Assembly: GCA_963575745.1 (NCBI GenBank)
Contig: CAUYUJ010000307.1
Location: 1 to 64,000, forward strand
DNA: 64,000 bases
Source of the DNA: Prorocentrum cordatum
Lineage: Eukaryota
Direction of reading: 5' to 3'
The notes below the pieces were generated by a model. That model saw nothing but the letters and a program-made list of their open reading frames with translations. It had not been told where the DNA came from and made no database searches. Positions 12,250 through 23,825 of the stretch are shown piece by piece; position 1 is the stretch's first letter, and every line of letters begins with the position of its first letter. The position numbers and the translations under genes were made by a program.

Positions 12250-14170
12250 AAATGAGACCCGTGACCAGGAACAGCGACGCAGCCAATCCTGCGCCGACAA
12301 TGCAAATGCTTCACCCACGCTGTATTAGCTTCGCATTCAGGCCACCAGAACTCATGCGCGCGACGACGCGCAGGATACCGCCCGACACCGGCGCCGACAG
12401 CCCGCGCCGCGAATGGATCCAGGGGTGGCTCGACCACCGATTGCAAGCGGAGAAAGTAGAATGCGGCTGCGTGGACAGGCTCTGCATGCATTCTCTGGCC
12501 ACATGCTACCCGCTCCGCCGCGTCAGTATTCGCCGCATCTCGACTTCAGACCCAAGCGAGACCACCGGCAAGCAATGCCACCATCACCACCACCGACCCA
12601 TGCGCCCACGCCACTGCCCAAGGCCAAGATGCCAACGCCGTTCGCGCCCCCAGCGCAAACGCGTCAGCAGACCACTATCCGCAACCCTTGGGGCGACGAA
12701 GGCGTCGGCGCAGCAATGTGCGGCCCGATCGCCGATTCAGAAAAAGATGGAAGCTGCGCCGACAACAGCGAAGACCACAAGCACACTCAGGCGCCCTTTT
12801 TTCGCACATCGTTCCCTCCTCATGAGAGCCGCGACATGCGCTGCCCAGAAGGCTGGGCCCCGCGCAGTGCCAGAGATAGAATTAAAGAGGACGGTCACGA
12901 CGAAGACAACTGGCACTGTGCCGTCTGTGCCGTCTATTACTACTCGGCATTCCATACCTACATCTGCATATCCCCAAACGGCCACCTACCTCTACCTAGA
13001 TGGCGCAGTTACCTCGACAAGTGCAACAACGAATCGTTCGCCCACCGCTGAGGCCCGATTCACGTGCGACCCCGCTCTCCGCATTCGGGATGCCACTGAC
13101 CGATCGGACAAGATCCTTCAAGCTCAGCGACGCAACGCCGGCAGACGACCACCTTGCCTCCACGGGGGCCGCGTCTGCACTACCAACCGCGAGCCCCGCT
13201 AGGAAACTGCGCGAGCGACTTTGCAACCCACCACAGTCTCAACGGGGACTTCAGAATGGCAGTCGATCTTGCCAACAGGCACTTCAGCTCCCTAACGCGA
13301 GATCCGACTGCAAGGATGCACGATGTGGCTAAGCAGGCCATGCTCACGGTCTCACACTGGCTATGGTCATGTCACGACTGCAGGGACAACGTGAAGTACC
13401 ATTGGGCCGGTCGCACCAACGACATATCACAACTACTGCAGCAGATATGCAACCCAACCTACAAACCTTGCGACGACCACATCATTCCACAACCGCCATC
13501 GAGGTCCTACTCCATCAGCGACACCATTGAGGACGCACCACCACCTCCCAACACCATCCAGCCAGCACCAAGGACCAACTAGTAGGCGTCAACCAGACCA
13601 CCAACCAGCTAGCAACAGCCAGCCAGCACACACTGACACGCCAAACCAGTCAGCACCAACGACCAGTCCTATTACGATCGAGCAGTCCAGCACCACACAT
13701 GGGATCAGAAGCCCAATTCGCCCGCCACCACCTAGCCGCAGAAGTCCCATAGTTTGCCCACCACCAGAGGCCGCATGGGCTCAGCGCTGAAGCAATGGAA
13801 TGCCCACATCAGAGCTAGCACCTCAAACGCTCGCCACGAAGCAGATTTACTTCCAATCGAAGACACCTCCAATACAGTTCCAAGGCGGACAGACGGGAGC
13901 CACCCCAATAGCCTCACACACGGAGCATCTTGGAAGGGTACTCGTCCACGACGACAAACGACCGAAGGTTTTTGGATTACATCGAGACGACGCGCAGCCG
14001 CCAGATGCAAAACCAACAGTACCTGACATAAGTACGACAGCGCAACCTGTGCCAAGCAGCACTACCAGCAATATCCAATGCCATGGCAGCGCCAACCAGG
14101 CTCAAACCAGAGTTCCCAGTACCAGAATACAACGGCGCCACCTGCTGCGAAACCAGGGCTCCCAACACTG
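12250..14170 (+). pseudogene. Degraded coding-like segment, possibly ORF1 plus endonuclease start of a non-LTR retroelement
   Basis: C/A-skewed non-repetitive strand; broken frames with CxxC motifs (WHCAVC, WSCHDC); weak AP-endonuclease-like N-terminus SNAMAA...CCETR near 14075-14160. Confidence 0.3.
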
Positions 14171-14761
14171 CCGTGGAAGGGGAGAAGGACGATGATGATG
14201 ATGACGACGATGGGAAGGTGGAGGAGGAGGAGAGGGGAGGAAGCGGAGGAATAGCAGCAAGAGCAGGAGGAGGAACACGCGGGCTCGGAGGCCATGCCCT
14301 CCCGCAGCGGAAGGGTGGGGCAGATCTGTCGCGCGGAGGTGGCGGCCTGCTCCGCCGACCCACTCCTCCTGCTGTCTGCCGGCGGAGGGCACGACGCCCC
14401 CGCCTGCAGCTCTCCAGCCCAGCGGGGACGACGTGGTGTGGTCGTCGCGGGGCTCCTGTGAGGCCACCATTCGCCAGCCTCGAACTCCTCCCTGTCCCTA
14501 AGATTGACACGCCGAGAGGCGATGGCAGTCTTAGGGATGCGCCCTCGAACACGGAGGGGATCCCTGAGATTGGCATCGTGGTGGGGCGATGCCCGGCACA
14601 GGGACAGGGATATGTTCCAGGTTGGTAAATCGTGGGCCACGGAGGCCCTCTCTGCGCCAGCGTGAGGTTCTCGTTGGGGCCGCCCGTGGCCTTCTACATA
14701 GGGGGCCCTCTGGGGGTGTCGCGAGGCCGTCCTGGAGGACACGCCGGTCATGTTGTGGCCT

Positions 14762-14783
14762 GCCGTGGCCGCTTTAGCTCAAG
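14762..14783 (+). other. Relic dinoflagellate spliced leader (DinoSL)
   Basis: GCCGTGGCCGCTTTAGCTCAAG versus the canonical DCCGTAGCCATTTTGGCTCAAG: 4 mismatches, all transitions; 125 bp upstream of the ATG of an intronless ORF. Confidence 0.8.
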
Positions 14784-14908
14784 ACTCTGCGCCCGAGGGT
14801 CCGAGGTCGGCCAATTATCTTTCAGCTTCGTATACAGCTTCGTATAGCTGACGATACCGAACTGCTCTTTTTTCAAGCTTGTTTGGACAGCTCCAACCTC
14901 TGCCAGGT

Positions 14909-17900
14909 ATGGCGGGCATCCATCTGGCATTATGCATGATGGGGTTTGAAGTTGCTGTTTCCAGCGAGCACACAGACATGCAGCTTATGCAGATGCAACC
15001 GGCTGGTGTCTTGCACGGCAGCGGAATGAGGAAGCCGCCGCAGGGTTGCCGCACCTCGGTTGAGGGTGATCGGTGTTACGTCGAGGTGATGTGGGCGATG
15101 CGGGCGGGCATCCAGCAGCACCCAGAGTACTATCTTCCTTTGACGAGAGATTCTAGCTTCGAGGACTTCCAGCAACACCTGCACGGCACGGCCAGGCTCT
15201 CCGGCGTGTGCCCCGAACCATGTGCGGCTGCAGCGCCGAAGTCACAGCAGCAGGGCCGGCCTGGCTCTGAGACCCGGGCGCGCAGCTCACAGTCTGTTGG
15301 AACTCCCGTGCCCACTGCGCAGCAGGTCGGGACTCCAATGCCAACAGTGATCCACCTGGATGACCTGCTCGTTTCAACCTACCCGGGGTACGAGCAAAGC
15401 GGCCAAAATTGCCAGTGCGGAGCAGAGATCAGCGCATTTTCTGACGATTTCGACTCTCTCGAGTTATGTGCTTCGGAGTGTTCCTTGCGCCCAGATTGCA
15501 AGTCAATTGGTTTTCACCCCTCGCAGTCAGTGTGGAAAGGCGGTTGCTATCTTTACGATGCAGAGTGTGGGTCAACGGATGGGCATGACTCCAACACCAC
15601 CTGTGCCAATCCAAACCCAGAGGGAGCCCTCAGTGTCAACTTCAACAGGATACCGACCACGCCTGCACCTACGGCTTCAGTTGAGCCTTGCGACGTCACC
15701 GATGGATCGTCTCCGAGCTATTTCTACCCGTGCCAGTGCGGGACTGACATGTGCTTTACAAACGAGGTCTGCTCAGGTGACAGGGGAGGCTTTTCGTGCG
15801 CTCCTCCGGGCATCTTGAAGGTAGAGTGGCCGTGCTTGACGACTTCTATCGGCAGCCCCTACTTCGTTTTTTCCGGGACCAGCGCAACCGGAGCGCCAGT
15901 ATACAGTAACACCGATGGCAATTACATGTATTGGGACGCTTCGTGTGATGGCATCGAGCGACCTCCGAAATATGAACAGCCGCGGTGGATTCTGGACTCT
16001 GAAGAACCAAACATGACAGCAATTATGGATTTAGATTCTGATGCGAATTGCGCTTATTTTGGGCATCATGGTAGTTCAGATTCTAATGGTGTCCCGCTGG
16101 GGAACACAACTTGGTTCTTGCTATGCGACGGCCAAGGCCTCAACATGACGGTGGCGATCACTTACGAGGCGTATCTCCCGACACCGTCACCGACGATGGA
16201 GCCTGGGATGCCGTGCCCTTGTAATCAGTTGTGCGGCTTGTTTCCCTACATTGATCTGAATAGTGATGGGTGCCTTGAGGAGTTTGAGTGCAACCTAAAC
16301 CAGTATCTCGACGGGCACTTTACCGATATGGACGCGGACGGGGATGGATGCGTGACCCAGGAAGAGTGTGGCGACTCTCCATATGCGCAGGATATGCCTA
16401 GCTTCCCGATCGTGGGTCCAGCTGAATGTGACTACGGTTATTACTTCCAGGAGGGCACCAGCGTTTGTCAGCAGTGCACCACGGGCGCCACGCGGCGGCG
16501 CCGCTCAGAGGCCTGCGTCGACTGCGCCTCGGGCAAAGAAGACCTGGGCGACTTCGACAACTGCATCTCGGGGGTGTGGCTCACCGAGCCCATATCGGCT
16601 GGCGACGTCAACGTCTTCGTCAACAAGGACATCGACGAAAGTGGCGTCGTGCTGCAGAAAGGCGACGGGATCACCATGTCCACACGCAACCCTGGCCACT
16701 TCGAGAGACTGGTTATCGCCGACAAGATCGGCTTCGATGACAGCGAGAGACTGTCGTCATACCACGAGTCTCTGCTCCGCAGAAGTGGGCCCTTCTTTGT
16801 GCTTGATCACGGAGTGAACGCAGGGTTTAACAAGTTCGACGCGATCATCTCGTCCTGCTCGAGCACCGACGGTACTGGAATCAGCTCGCAGTACCCTTGC
16901 GGATGCGGCATTGAAATCTGCGGTCTCGGGTACAGGTGTGACGAGCAGTGCTCTGGGAGCAACACGGTTCTGGATCCCTTCGTGGGCAGCAGCTACGGGG
17001 ACGGCGGGTGCTGCATCGGACCCCCTGCCTCTCCTCTGCCGACCCCTTCCCCGACGGTGTCGGCCAAGGGTGACCCGCACCTGGTGAACCTTCAAGGCGA
17101 GCACTTCGACGTCAACCACGGCGGCGAGTTCACTCTGCTGCGCATCCCGCAGGCCGCTGACAGGACCGCCGAGGTGGAGCTCCAGGCCACCATCCGCCCC
17201 GAGCACGGGAAGCCGTGCACCACGTACATCACCGCAGTTGAGCTCTCGGGTGCCTGGCTCGGCGGTATCGTCCTGCAGGTGCGCTCTTACTTGCGGTCGC
17301 ACGCCAAGAACGAAAGCGACTCGTTCTTGGGCCTCCGGGTGCTTGAGCCGGGCACCCCTCACGAAGCTCCATGGTCGAGACTCGCGGATTGGGCCGAGGG
17401 GAACATCGTCGTGTTCGAGCAGCAGGCCCGAGATGGCGTCAGGGTGACAATGTCCAAGTCGCAGTGGCGCACCAAGAAGGGCGTGAAGGAGGGATTGCCG
17501 ACCATAGCCGGGCAGCTTCAGATCATGATTCAGAACAAGCTGAGCGAGGACTCCGCCATGATCGTCTTCCGCCAAGACCTACCCGTGCAGGAGCATCTGA
17601 ACTTGGCTGTGCGGCGCTTGAGCGCACTCGGGCGTGCAGACATCGGTGGGCTGCTTGGGTTCGATGCGCATGCCGAATCGCTAGAGAATGTTACACCTGA
17701 GTGCCAGCGTCACAGAGACGGGTTGGACAAGAAGGCGGGCCCCAAGACACTGCCGGGCTGGAAGATTAGATGGCAGAAGATCAAAGAGCAGCGCGCCAGC
17801 AATCCCGCACCTGGCGGGCCGATCAGCGACAACGAGGCGGGGGCCAGCCTCGTCAACAGGGACATGATGTGCGTCTGCCCCGACGCAGAGCCGATCGACG

Positions 17901-18013
17901 CCAGGGAGGAGGCCGACCAGTCCATGAACTCCGCAAGTCTGATCGGCGGCGGGCACGATGGCGTCCTCGCAGAGTTCCAGACGGGCCGGCTTGCCGAGGC
18001 AACGTGGGACTGA
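14909..18013 (+). CDS. Secreted multidomain Cys-rich protein (~1034 aa): signal-like N-terminus, PAN/apple-like Cys module, two EF-hand-like loops, C-terminal GDPH/VWD-like domain; intronless
   Basis: Uninterrupted 3.1-kb non-repetitive ORF; first in-frame ATG at 14909 (MAGIHLALCMMGFEVAVS); motifs CASECSLRPDCKSIGF...GCYLY, DLNSDGCLEEFE, DADGDGCVTQEE, duplicated CxxTDG...YPCxCG, PTPSPT linkers, SAKGDPHLVNLQGEHFDV. Confidence 0.92.
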   Translation: MAGIHLALCMMGFEVAVSSEHTDMQLMQMQPAGVLHGSGMRKPPQGCRTSVEGDRCYVEVMWAMRAGIQQHPEYYLPLTRDSSFEDFQQHLHGTARLSGVCPEPCAAAAPKSQQQGRPGSETRARSSQSVGTPVPTAQQVGTPMPTVIHLDDLLVSTYPGYEQSGQNCQCGAEISAFSDDFDSLELCASECSLRPDCKSIGFHPSQSVWKGGCYLYDAECGSTDGHDSNTTCANPNPEGALSVNFNRIPTTPAPTASVEPCDVTDGSSPSYFYPCQCGTDMCFTNEVCSGDRGGFSCAPPGILKVEWPCLTTSIGSPYFVFSGTSATGAPVYSNTDGNYMYWDASCDGIERPPKYEQPRWILDSEEPNMTAIMDLDSDANCAYFGHHGSSDSNGVPLGNTTWFLLCDGQGLNMTVAITYEAYLPTPSPTMEPGMPCPCNQLCGLFPYIDLNSDGCLEEFECNLNQYLDGHFTDMDADGDGCVTQEECGDSPYAQDMPSFPIVGPAECDYGYYFQEGTSVCQQCTTGATRRRRSEACVDCASGKEDLGDFDNCISGVWLTEPISAGDVNVFVNKDIDESGVVLQKGDGITMSTRNPGHFERLVIADKIGFDDSERLSSYHESLLRRSGPFFVLDHGVNAGFNKFDAIISSCSSTDGTGISSQYPCGCGIEICGLGYRCDEQCSGSNTVLDPFVGSSYGDGGCCIGPPASPLPTPSPTVSAKGDPHLVNLQGEHFDVNHGGEFTLLRIPQAADRTAEVELQATIRPEHGKPCTTYITAVELSGAWLGGIVLQVRSYLRSHAKNESDSFLGLRVLEPGTPHEAPWSRLADWAEGNIVVFEQQARDGVRVTMSKSQWRTKKGVKEGLPTIAGQLQIMIQNKLSEDSAMIVFRQDLPVQEHLNLAVRRLSALGRADIGGLLGFDAHAESLENVTPECQRHRDGLDKKAGPKTLPGWKIRWQKIKEQRASNPAPGGPISDNEAGASLVNRDMMCVCPDAEPIDAREEADQSMNSASLIGGGHDGVLAEFQTGRLAEATWD

Positions 18014-18254
18014 CCGCGATCTGCGCGGTGTCCGGGGCGCTTCCGCCCGCCCCACGCCCCCGCCCGCCCCCGCCCCTTCGGGGCCCCCGTAAGCTCGCGG
18101 CCGCTGCGGTCTGGAGGAGAGCTGTCCCCTGGGATGCCCACCTCGGCTCGGTCACCACACACACACGCGCACTTCATAATATGTGTGTTTTTTCGGGCCA
18201 GCGGGTCCGCCGATTGGGCGAATCCGAGGGCCGAACATCTGCAGGGGGAGGGGA

Positions 18255-18285
<31 letters not shown>

Positions 18286-19122
18286 GAGGAGGAGGAGGAT
18301 CATTGTGGAAGCAGGCGCTCAGTTGGCTCTTGGTCTGTTGAGCTTGCTCTGAGCTTGCTCCAGCTCTTGCCGTGCGCACACCATTTGCAAGACTCGGCCC
18401 CGAAGGGCAACGGTCGCGAGCGACCGGCCCCGCTGGCCCGCTGCTCGATCTCTGGTGGACTTGGCTGGCATTGGCAGGCTGAGTAGAGGAAAGTGGGTCA
18501 TGCTGTGGCCCTCTTGGGCCGTCTTGGAGCCGCCGTCTTGGAGGCCAGGACTGCTCTGGCCGTCTTGACGGCCTCTCGGGCCGTCCTGAGGCCACCTTGG
18601 GCCGCCCTGGGGCCATCTTCGGCCGTCTTGGAGGCACATGGGGCCATGTTGGCGGCCTGAACTGTCTACCTCGGGCATCGTGGAAGCTCGGGGGCGCGAG
18701 CCGTGCAAGGGGTCGTGGCTTCGGGAGTGCGGGCTCATGTGAGTTCTCATGTGTACCAGCTGTCGTGGGCTCATGACCGCGGGCCCGTCGCTTTGACCTG
18801 GGAAGGGAGAGTGGATGCATCCTCAGCATGCCAGGGGGCACGGGGGTGGATTCTGTTCCCCCTCCTCGTCATCATTCTTCACGTGCCCCACACGCGCAGC
18901 CTCCTCCTCCTCCTCCTCCTCCTCCTCCTCCTCCTCCTCCTCCTCCTCCTGAACGTCTTCCTTTTCCTCCTCCTTGCCCTCCTCCTCCTTCGAGGTTTTG
19001 GATCATCCTTTGCGTTCCCCTCTTGGCGAATGAGACCTTCCTTCTCCCTCCCGTTGCTTCCTCCCGCGCAACGTTCTCCCTCGCCTTGTGGTCCATGCCC
19101 CCTCCCAGCCCTTGCCTCCTTC

Positions 19123-19157
<35 letters not shown>

Positions 19158-19274
19158 CTCCTCCAGCCCCCCCTCTTCCTCCTCCTCTTTCTCCTCCTCC
19201 TTTTCCTCCTCCTCCTCCTTTTTTACTTTTCTCCATTCTCTTCCGCCTTCTTCGTGAAACGGCTCCAGCAGGCA

Positions 19275-19530
19275 GAAGACTGGTTCAACCGACAACCGGT
19301 TCAACAGGGACCGCTTCAACAGACGACCGGTTCAACAGACACGGGTTCAACAGACGACCGGTTCAGCAAAACCCGGTTCAACGAAGACCAGTTCAACAGG
19401 ACGGGTTCCGCAGAATCGGTTCCGCGGAATTGATTCCACAGGGCCCGTTGCACAGGATTGGTTCCAAAAGCTTGGTTCCGCAGGACCAGTTCCGCAGGCC
19501 AGGTTCCGCAGGACCGGTTCCACAGGACCA
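19275..19530. repeat. Degenerate minisatellite (ACCGGTTCAACAG-like, ~15-bp unit)
   Basis: Tandem CCGGTTCAACAG/GGTTCCGCAG units. Confidence 0.75.
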
Positions 19531-19569
19531 GGTCGGTCCATTGGCGCTCCAGACACTCCAGGCACTCTG

Positions 19570-21650
19570 GGTACTCGCGGTGCTTCAGGCCAGTCACTCG
19601 AGCCCGGTGCTCCGAACCCGCCCGCCCGCCCGACCCGTCCAGCCCGTATGTGCATTCGCGTGCCAAGTCGATGATGCGCAATTCTTGAATGTCCCGCCCG
19701 CCCGACCCGGCCCGACCCGTCCCGCCCGTTAGGGTCTGCCCGACCCGTCCCGCCCGTTAGGTGACGCATCATACTTTAATGTCCCGCCCGCCTGACCCGA
19801 CCCGACCGGCCCGCCCGACTCGTCCCGTCTCGCCCGTTATGGTCCGCCCGTCCGCCTGGCCCCTCCCGCCCGTTCGGGTACTCGCGTGTCGAGTCGATGA
19901 TGATTCAGACTTGAATGTCCCGCCCGCCCGACCCGACCCGACCCGCCCGTTAGGCTCCGCCCGTCCGACCCACGCCGTCCGGCCTGTTAGGGTGCGCCCG
20001 ACCCGTCCCGCTCGTTAGGGCACTCGCGTCCCACATCGATGACGCATCGTGCTTTAATGTCCCGCCCGCCCGACCTGACCCCACCCGCCCGTTGTGGTCC
20101 GCCCGCCCGAACCGACCCGTCCTGCCCGTTAGGGTCCGCCCGACCCGTCCCGCCCTTTAGGGCAGTCGCGTGCCAAGTCGATGATGCATCACAGTTTCTT
20201 GTCCCGCTCGCCCGGCCCGACCCGACCCGCCCGTTGGGGTCCGCCCGCCAGAACCGACCATGAGGGTCCGCCCGCCCGCCCGGCCCCTCCCGCCCCTTAC
20301 TGAGTACCTCAATAGGTCTGGGCCCCCGGACTACAAAGCCCCACCCCCTGGACTACAAGGCCCCCCCCCCGGACTCCAGGGACCCCCCGAGGACTACAAG
20401 GACCCCCGCCCGGACTGCAAGGGCCCCCCCCCCAGACTACAGGGCCCCCCCCCCCCCGGACTACAAGGACCTCCAGGACCCCCGGGCTACAGCCACCACG
20501 CCCAGCACAATTGCTACGGGATGCCACAGATAGACAATTGCCACGACCCAGAACTACGACTACGACTACGACTACGACGACGACGCCGCCGCCGACGACG
20601 ACGACGACGTCGTGCGCTCAGCGGTCGTCGAGCGGGACGTCGCCCCGCGAAGATCACAGTGTCCCCCCACCCCCCGGACTACAGGATCCCCCCCGGACTA
20701 CAAGGGCCCCCCCCGGACTACAAGGGCCCCTCCCGGGACTACAAAGGCCCTCCCCCGCACTACAAGGGCCCCCAGGACCCCCCCCAGGCTACAAGGACCC
20801 CCGCCCGGGCTACAAGGCCCCCCCCCCCCCTGGATTACAAGGGCCCCCCCGGACTACAAAGGCCCCCCCCCCCCCCCCCCCCCCCTCTGGGAATACAGGG
20901 GCCCCCGCCAGATTACAGGGGCCCCCCACTGGACTAATGGTCGCCCCAGAACTATTGAGGTATTCAGTAGGGTCCTGCCCACCCGAGCGGACCCCCCCGT
21001 TGGGGTCCCGCCCGCCCGACCCGACCCGCCCTGTGAGGTACTCGCGTGCCAACTCGATGATGCAACATACTTGAATGTCCCGCCCGCCCGACCCGACCCG
21101 CCCGCCCATCAGAGTCCGCCCGCCCGACCCGACCCGTCCCGCTCGTTAGGGTTCGCCCGACCCGTCCCGCCCGTTAGGGTACTCGCGTGCCGACTCGATG
21201 GTGCATCAGACTTTAATGTCCCGCCCGCCCGACCCGACCCGACCCGCCCGGTAGGGTCCGCCCGCCCGACCCGACCCGTCCCCGCCCGTTATGTTCCGCC
21301 CGCCCGCCCGGCCCCTCCCGCCCGGTAGGGTACTCGCGTCCCAACTCGAAGATGCATCATGCTTTAACGTCCCGCCCACCCGACCCGACCCGACCCGCCC
21401 GTTAGGGTCCGCCCGCCCGACTCGATCCGCCCCGCCCGTTCGGGTCCGCCCGCCCGCCCTACCCGACCCGCCCGGTAGAATACTCGCGCCCCACATCGAT
21501 GATGCGCCATACATTAATGTCCCGGCCGCCCGACCCGACCCGCCCGTTAGGGCATTCGCGTGCCAGCTCGATGATGCGCAGTTTGATCGCGTCCCGCTCG
21601 CCCTACCCGACCCGCCCGTTAGGGCCCCGCCCGACCGACCCGACCCCCCC
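19570..21650. repeat. Satellite of ~110-170-bp units (GTACTCGCGTGCCAACTCGATGATGC...TTAATGTCCCGCCCGCCCGACCCG...GTTAGGG)
   Basis: About ten degenerate tandem copies, interrupted by a MITE. Confidence 0.9.
20300..20967. mobile_element. Non-autonomous DNA transposon (MITE) with TA target duplication, Tc1/mariner-like
   Basis: TA|CTGAGTACCTCAATAGGTCTGGG ... CCCAGAACTATTGAGGTATTCAG|TA (23-bp TIR, 2 mismatches); the empty site reconstitutes the satellite motif CCCGCCC.TTAGGGT; interior is GGACTACAAGGGCCCCC repeats. Confidence 0.88.
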
Positions 21651-22520
21651 AGGCAGCACGAAGCCTAGCTCTGCGGCGGGCTGCTCCGCCTCCGCCCTGG
21701 GCCACTCCGCTCTCTTGTCGAACTCGAGCGCCTTCCGCAAAGACGCTGGCGGCCCTCGCTCCAGGAGCTTTCGCGGCGGCGGCCGCAGGATCAGCATGTT
21801 CCACATGCGCGTGGCGCGGGAGAGCATGACGTAGAGGTGCAGCCACCACTGCTCGTCCGACATGCCCGTGCGCCCAGCGTCCTCGTCTCTCGCGCAGTCG
21901 ATGGTGATGCCCTTGCGCAGCTTCTGGCCCTGCGACAGCGTGGAGGTCAGGTAGGACGCGTGCGCCAGGGTGAACCCCGAGCGGCGCACGGTGTGCGGCC
22001 CCGAGCTCTGCCAGTTGAGCTCCTGGTCGTTGGGCCTGAACATCAGCAAGCTCCGCGCCCGCGCCTCGGCCTGGCCGTCGTCGTCGGCGTCTTCGGCGCC
22101 CTGTCGCAGCACCTCGGCGACCTCCTGGTAGATCGGAGACTCCTTGAAGCCGTGCACCTGCAGCCAGATCCCCTGCGGTAGGAAGCGGGTGCGAAAGAGC
22201 TGGCCAGCCGAGTGCTCCTCGTACCGCTGCTCGTCCTCGTGGTGGAGATCGAAGGACACGATGGTGGCCCGTTGCTCGCGCGCGAGTCCCAAGTTCTTCT
22301 TCAGCTCTTCTTTCGTGGCCGTGAACCGCACCTCCATGCCCACGTGGGCCGGCAAGACGCCGTGGATGTCCCCCGTCTTGTGCATGTTCGGGACGTTCGG
22401 GAGGCGCCGGCCCGCGTCGGGATCGCCTTGAATCGAGCTGCACTCGTCCACGGCCTGCAGGAAAACGAGGGGCACGCCCAGGCGCCGTGCGCCGCGACGA
22501 GCGCACGTGTTGATCCGCAA
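21650..22520 (-). pseudogene. C-terminal fragment of a PIF1-family SF1B DNA helicase (Helitron-type relic likely)
   Basis: HVGMEVRFT, FTLAHASYLTSTLSQGQKL...ITID (motif V-like), LYVMLSRAT (motif VI); no Walker A/B in the window; truncated by repeats on both sides. Confidence 0.85.
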
Positions 22521-22524
22521 TTCA

Positions 22525-22875
22525 CTCACAGACGAGGCTCCCGCCTGATACTTCCTCCACACTCAGGCCTGAGGAGCCCAAAAGTGACGACTGTTACAGG
22601 AATTCCATGACCCGCTTCGGATTCGAACATGAAGTCCGAGCCCTTTAGGGAGGGAGCTCCCCCCTTGAGACTCCCTTTCAATTCGCTCACAGACGAGGCT
22701 CCCGCCTGATCCTTCCTCCATATTCAGGCATGCGGAGGCCAAAGGTGACGACATCTGCGGGCCCCTTAGGGGGGGGGCTCCCGCCCGAGATTTCCTCACA
22801 AGTCACCCACAGACGAGGCTCCTGCCTGATACTTCCTCCACATTTGGGCATGAGGAGGCCAAACGCGACGACAGT
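22525..22875. repeat. Three copies of a ~65-bp unit CACAGACGAGGCTCCCGCCTGATACTTCCTCCA...GTGACGAC
   Basis: Copies start near 22528, 22688 and 22808; the intervening sequences are partly related to each other. Confidence 0.8.
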
Positions 22876-22899
22876 TTCAGGATCCGGTAAGTGAGTGAG

Positions 22900-22932
22900 T
22901 GACGATGATGCTGTTGATGATGGTGTGTGTGT

Positions 22933-22988
<56 letters not shown>

Positions 22989-23066
22989 GTGAATGATCGG
23001 TGGGTGATGGTGTTGGTGATGATGAATATGATTATGATGATGATAGTGATGATGATGGTGATGAGG

Positions 23067-23098
<32 letters not shown>

Positions 23099-23825
23099 GG
23101 TGAGTGGTGATGATGCTGAATGCTGATGCGGACGAGTGTTGGTGACGCGGAGCTGACAATGACGATGCGGATGATAACGAGTGAGTGATTGAGTGAGTGA
23201 GTGAGTGAGTGAGTAATTGGATGTGGGAAAGAACCCCACTTAGGATTAGGAGGGAGTGCGGGTGGTGGTGAGGAGGGAGAGAATGGGGGATGGGTGTGTT
23301 CCTGCGCGGGGTGTCCAGAGAAAACAAGGACCCCACTTTGGATGTGGGGGAAATTGTCAGGAACGTTATTTTGAGCATTTGTTCCTGCAGTTTGAATGTT
23401 TTTGGACATGTTTTAGTTTTCGTCCAACGTCCCCCTGTGGGGGGAGGAGGAGGAGGAAGAGGAGGAGGAGGAGGAGGAGGAGGAGGAGGAGGAGGAGAGG
23501 AGGAGGAGGAGGAGGAGGAGAGAGGAGGAGGAGGAGGAGGAGGAGGAGGAGGAGAGGAGGAGGAGGGGAGGAGGAGGAGGAGGAGGAGGAGAGGGGGAGG
23601 GAGGAGGGAGGAGGAGGGAGGAGGAGGAGGGGAGGAGGAGGAGAGGAGGAGGAGGAGGAGGAGGGAGGGAGGAGGAAGGAGGAGTGAGGAGGAGGAGGGG
23701 AGGAGGAGGAGGAGGGGGAGGAGGAGGAAGAGGAGGAGGAGGAGGAGGAGGAGGAGGAGGAGGAGGAGGAGGAGGTGGAGGGAGGAGGAGGGAGGAGGAA
23801 GAGGAGGAGGAGGAGGAGGAGGGGC
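22900..23825. repeat. (GAT)n, (GAGT)n and (GAG)n microsatellite block
   Basis: Direct reading. Confidence 0.9.

Noticed and set aside
14480..14750. Minus-strand YVEGHGRPQREPH resembling non-LTR RT motif G.PQG.P
   Set aside because: No recognisable YADD; too degenerate to call without a profile search
20260..20937. Collagen- or extensin-like ORF (GPP/DYKGPP)
   Set aside because: Translation of the MITE's internal minisatellite; same peptides in shifted frames
19570..21650. TTAGGG motifs as telomeric repeats
   Set aside because: Isolated within larger satellite units, never tandem
22525..22875. CRISPR-like repeat-spacer look
   Set aside because: Units are ~65 bp and degenerate, spacers are unequal and related to each other, no cas genes, eukaryotic context
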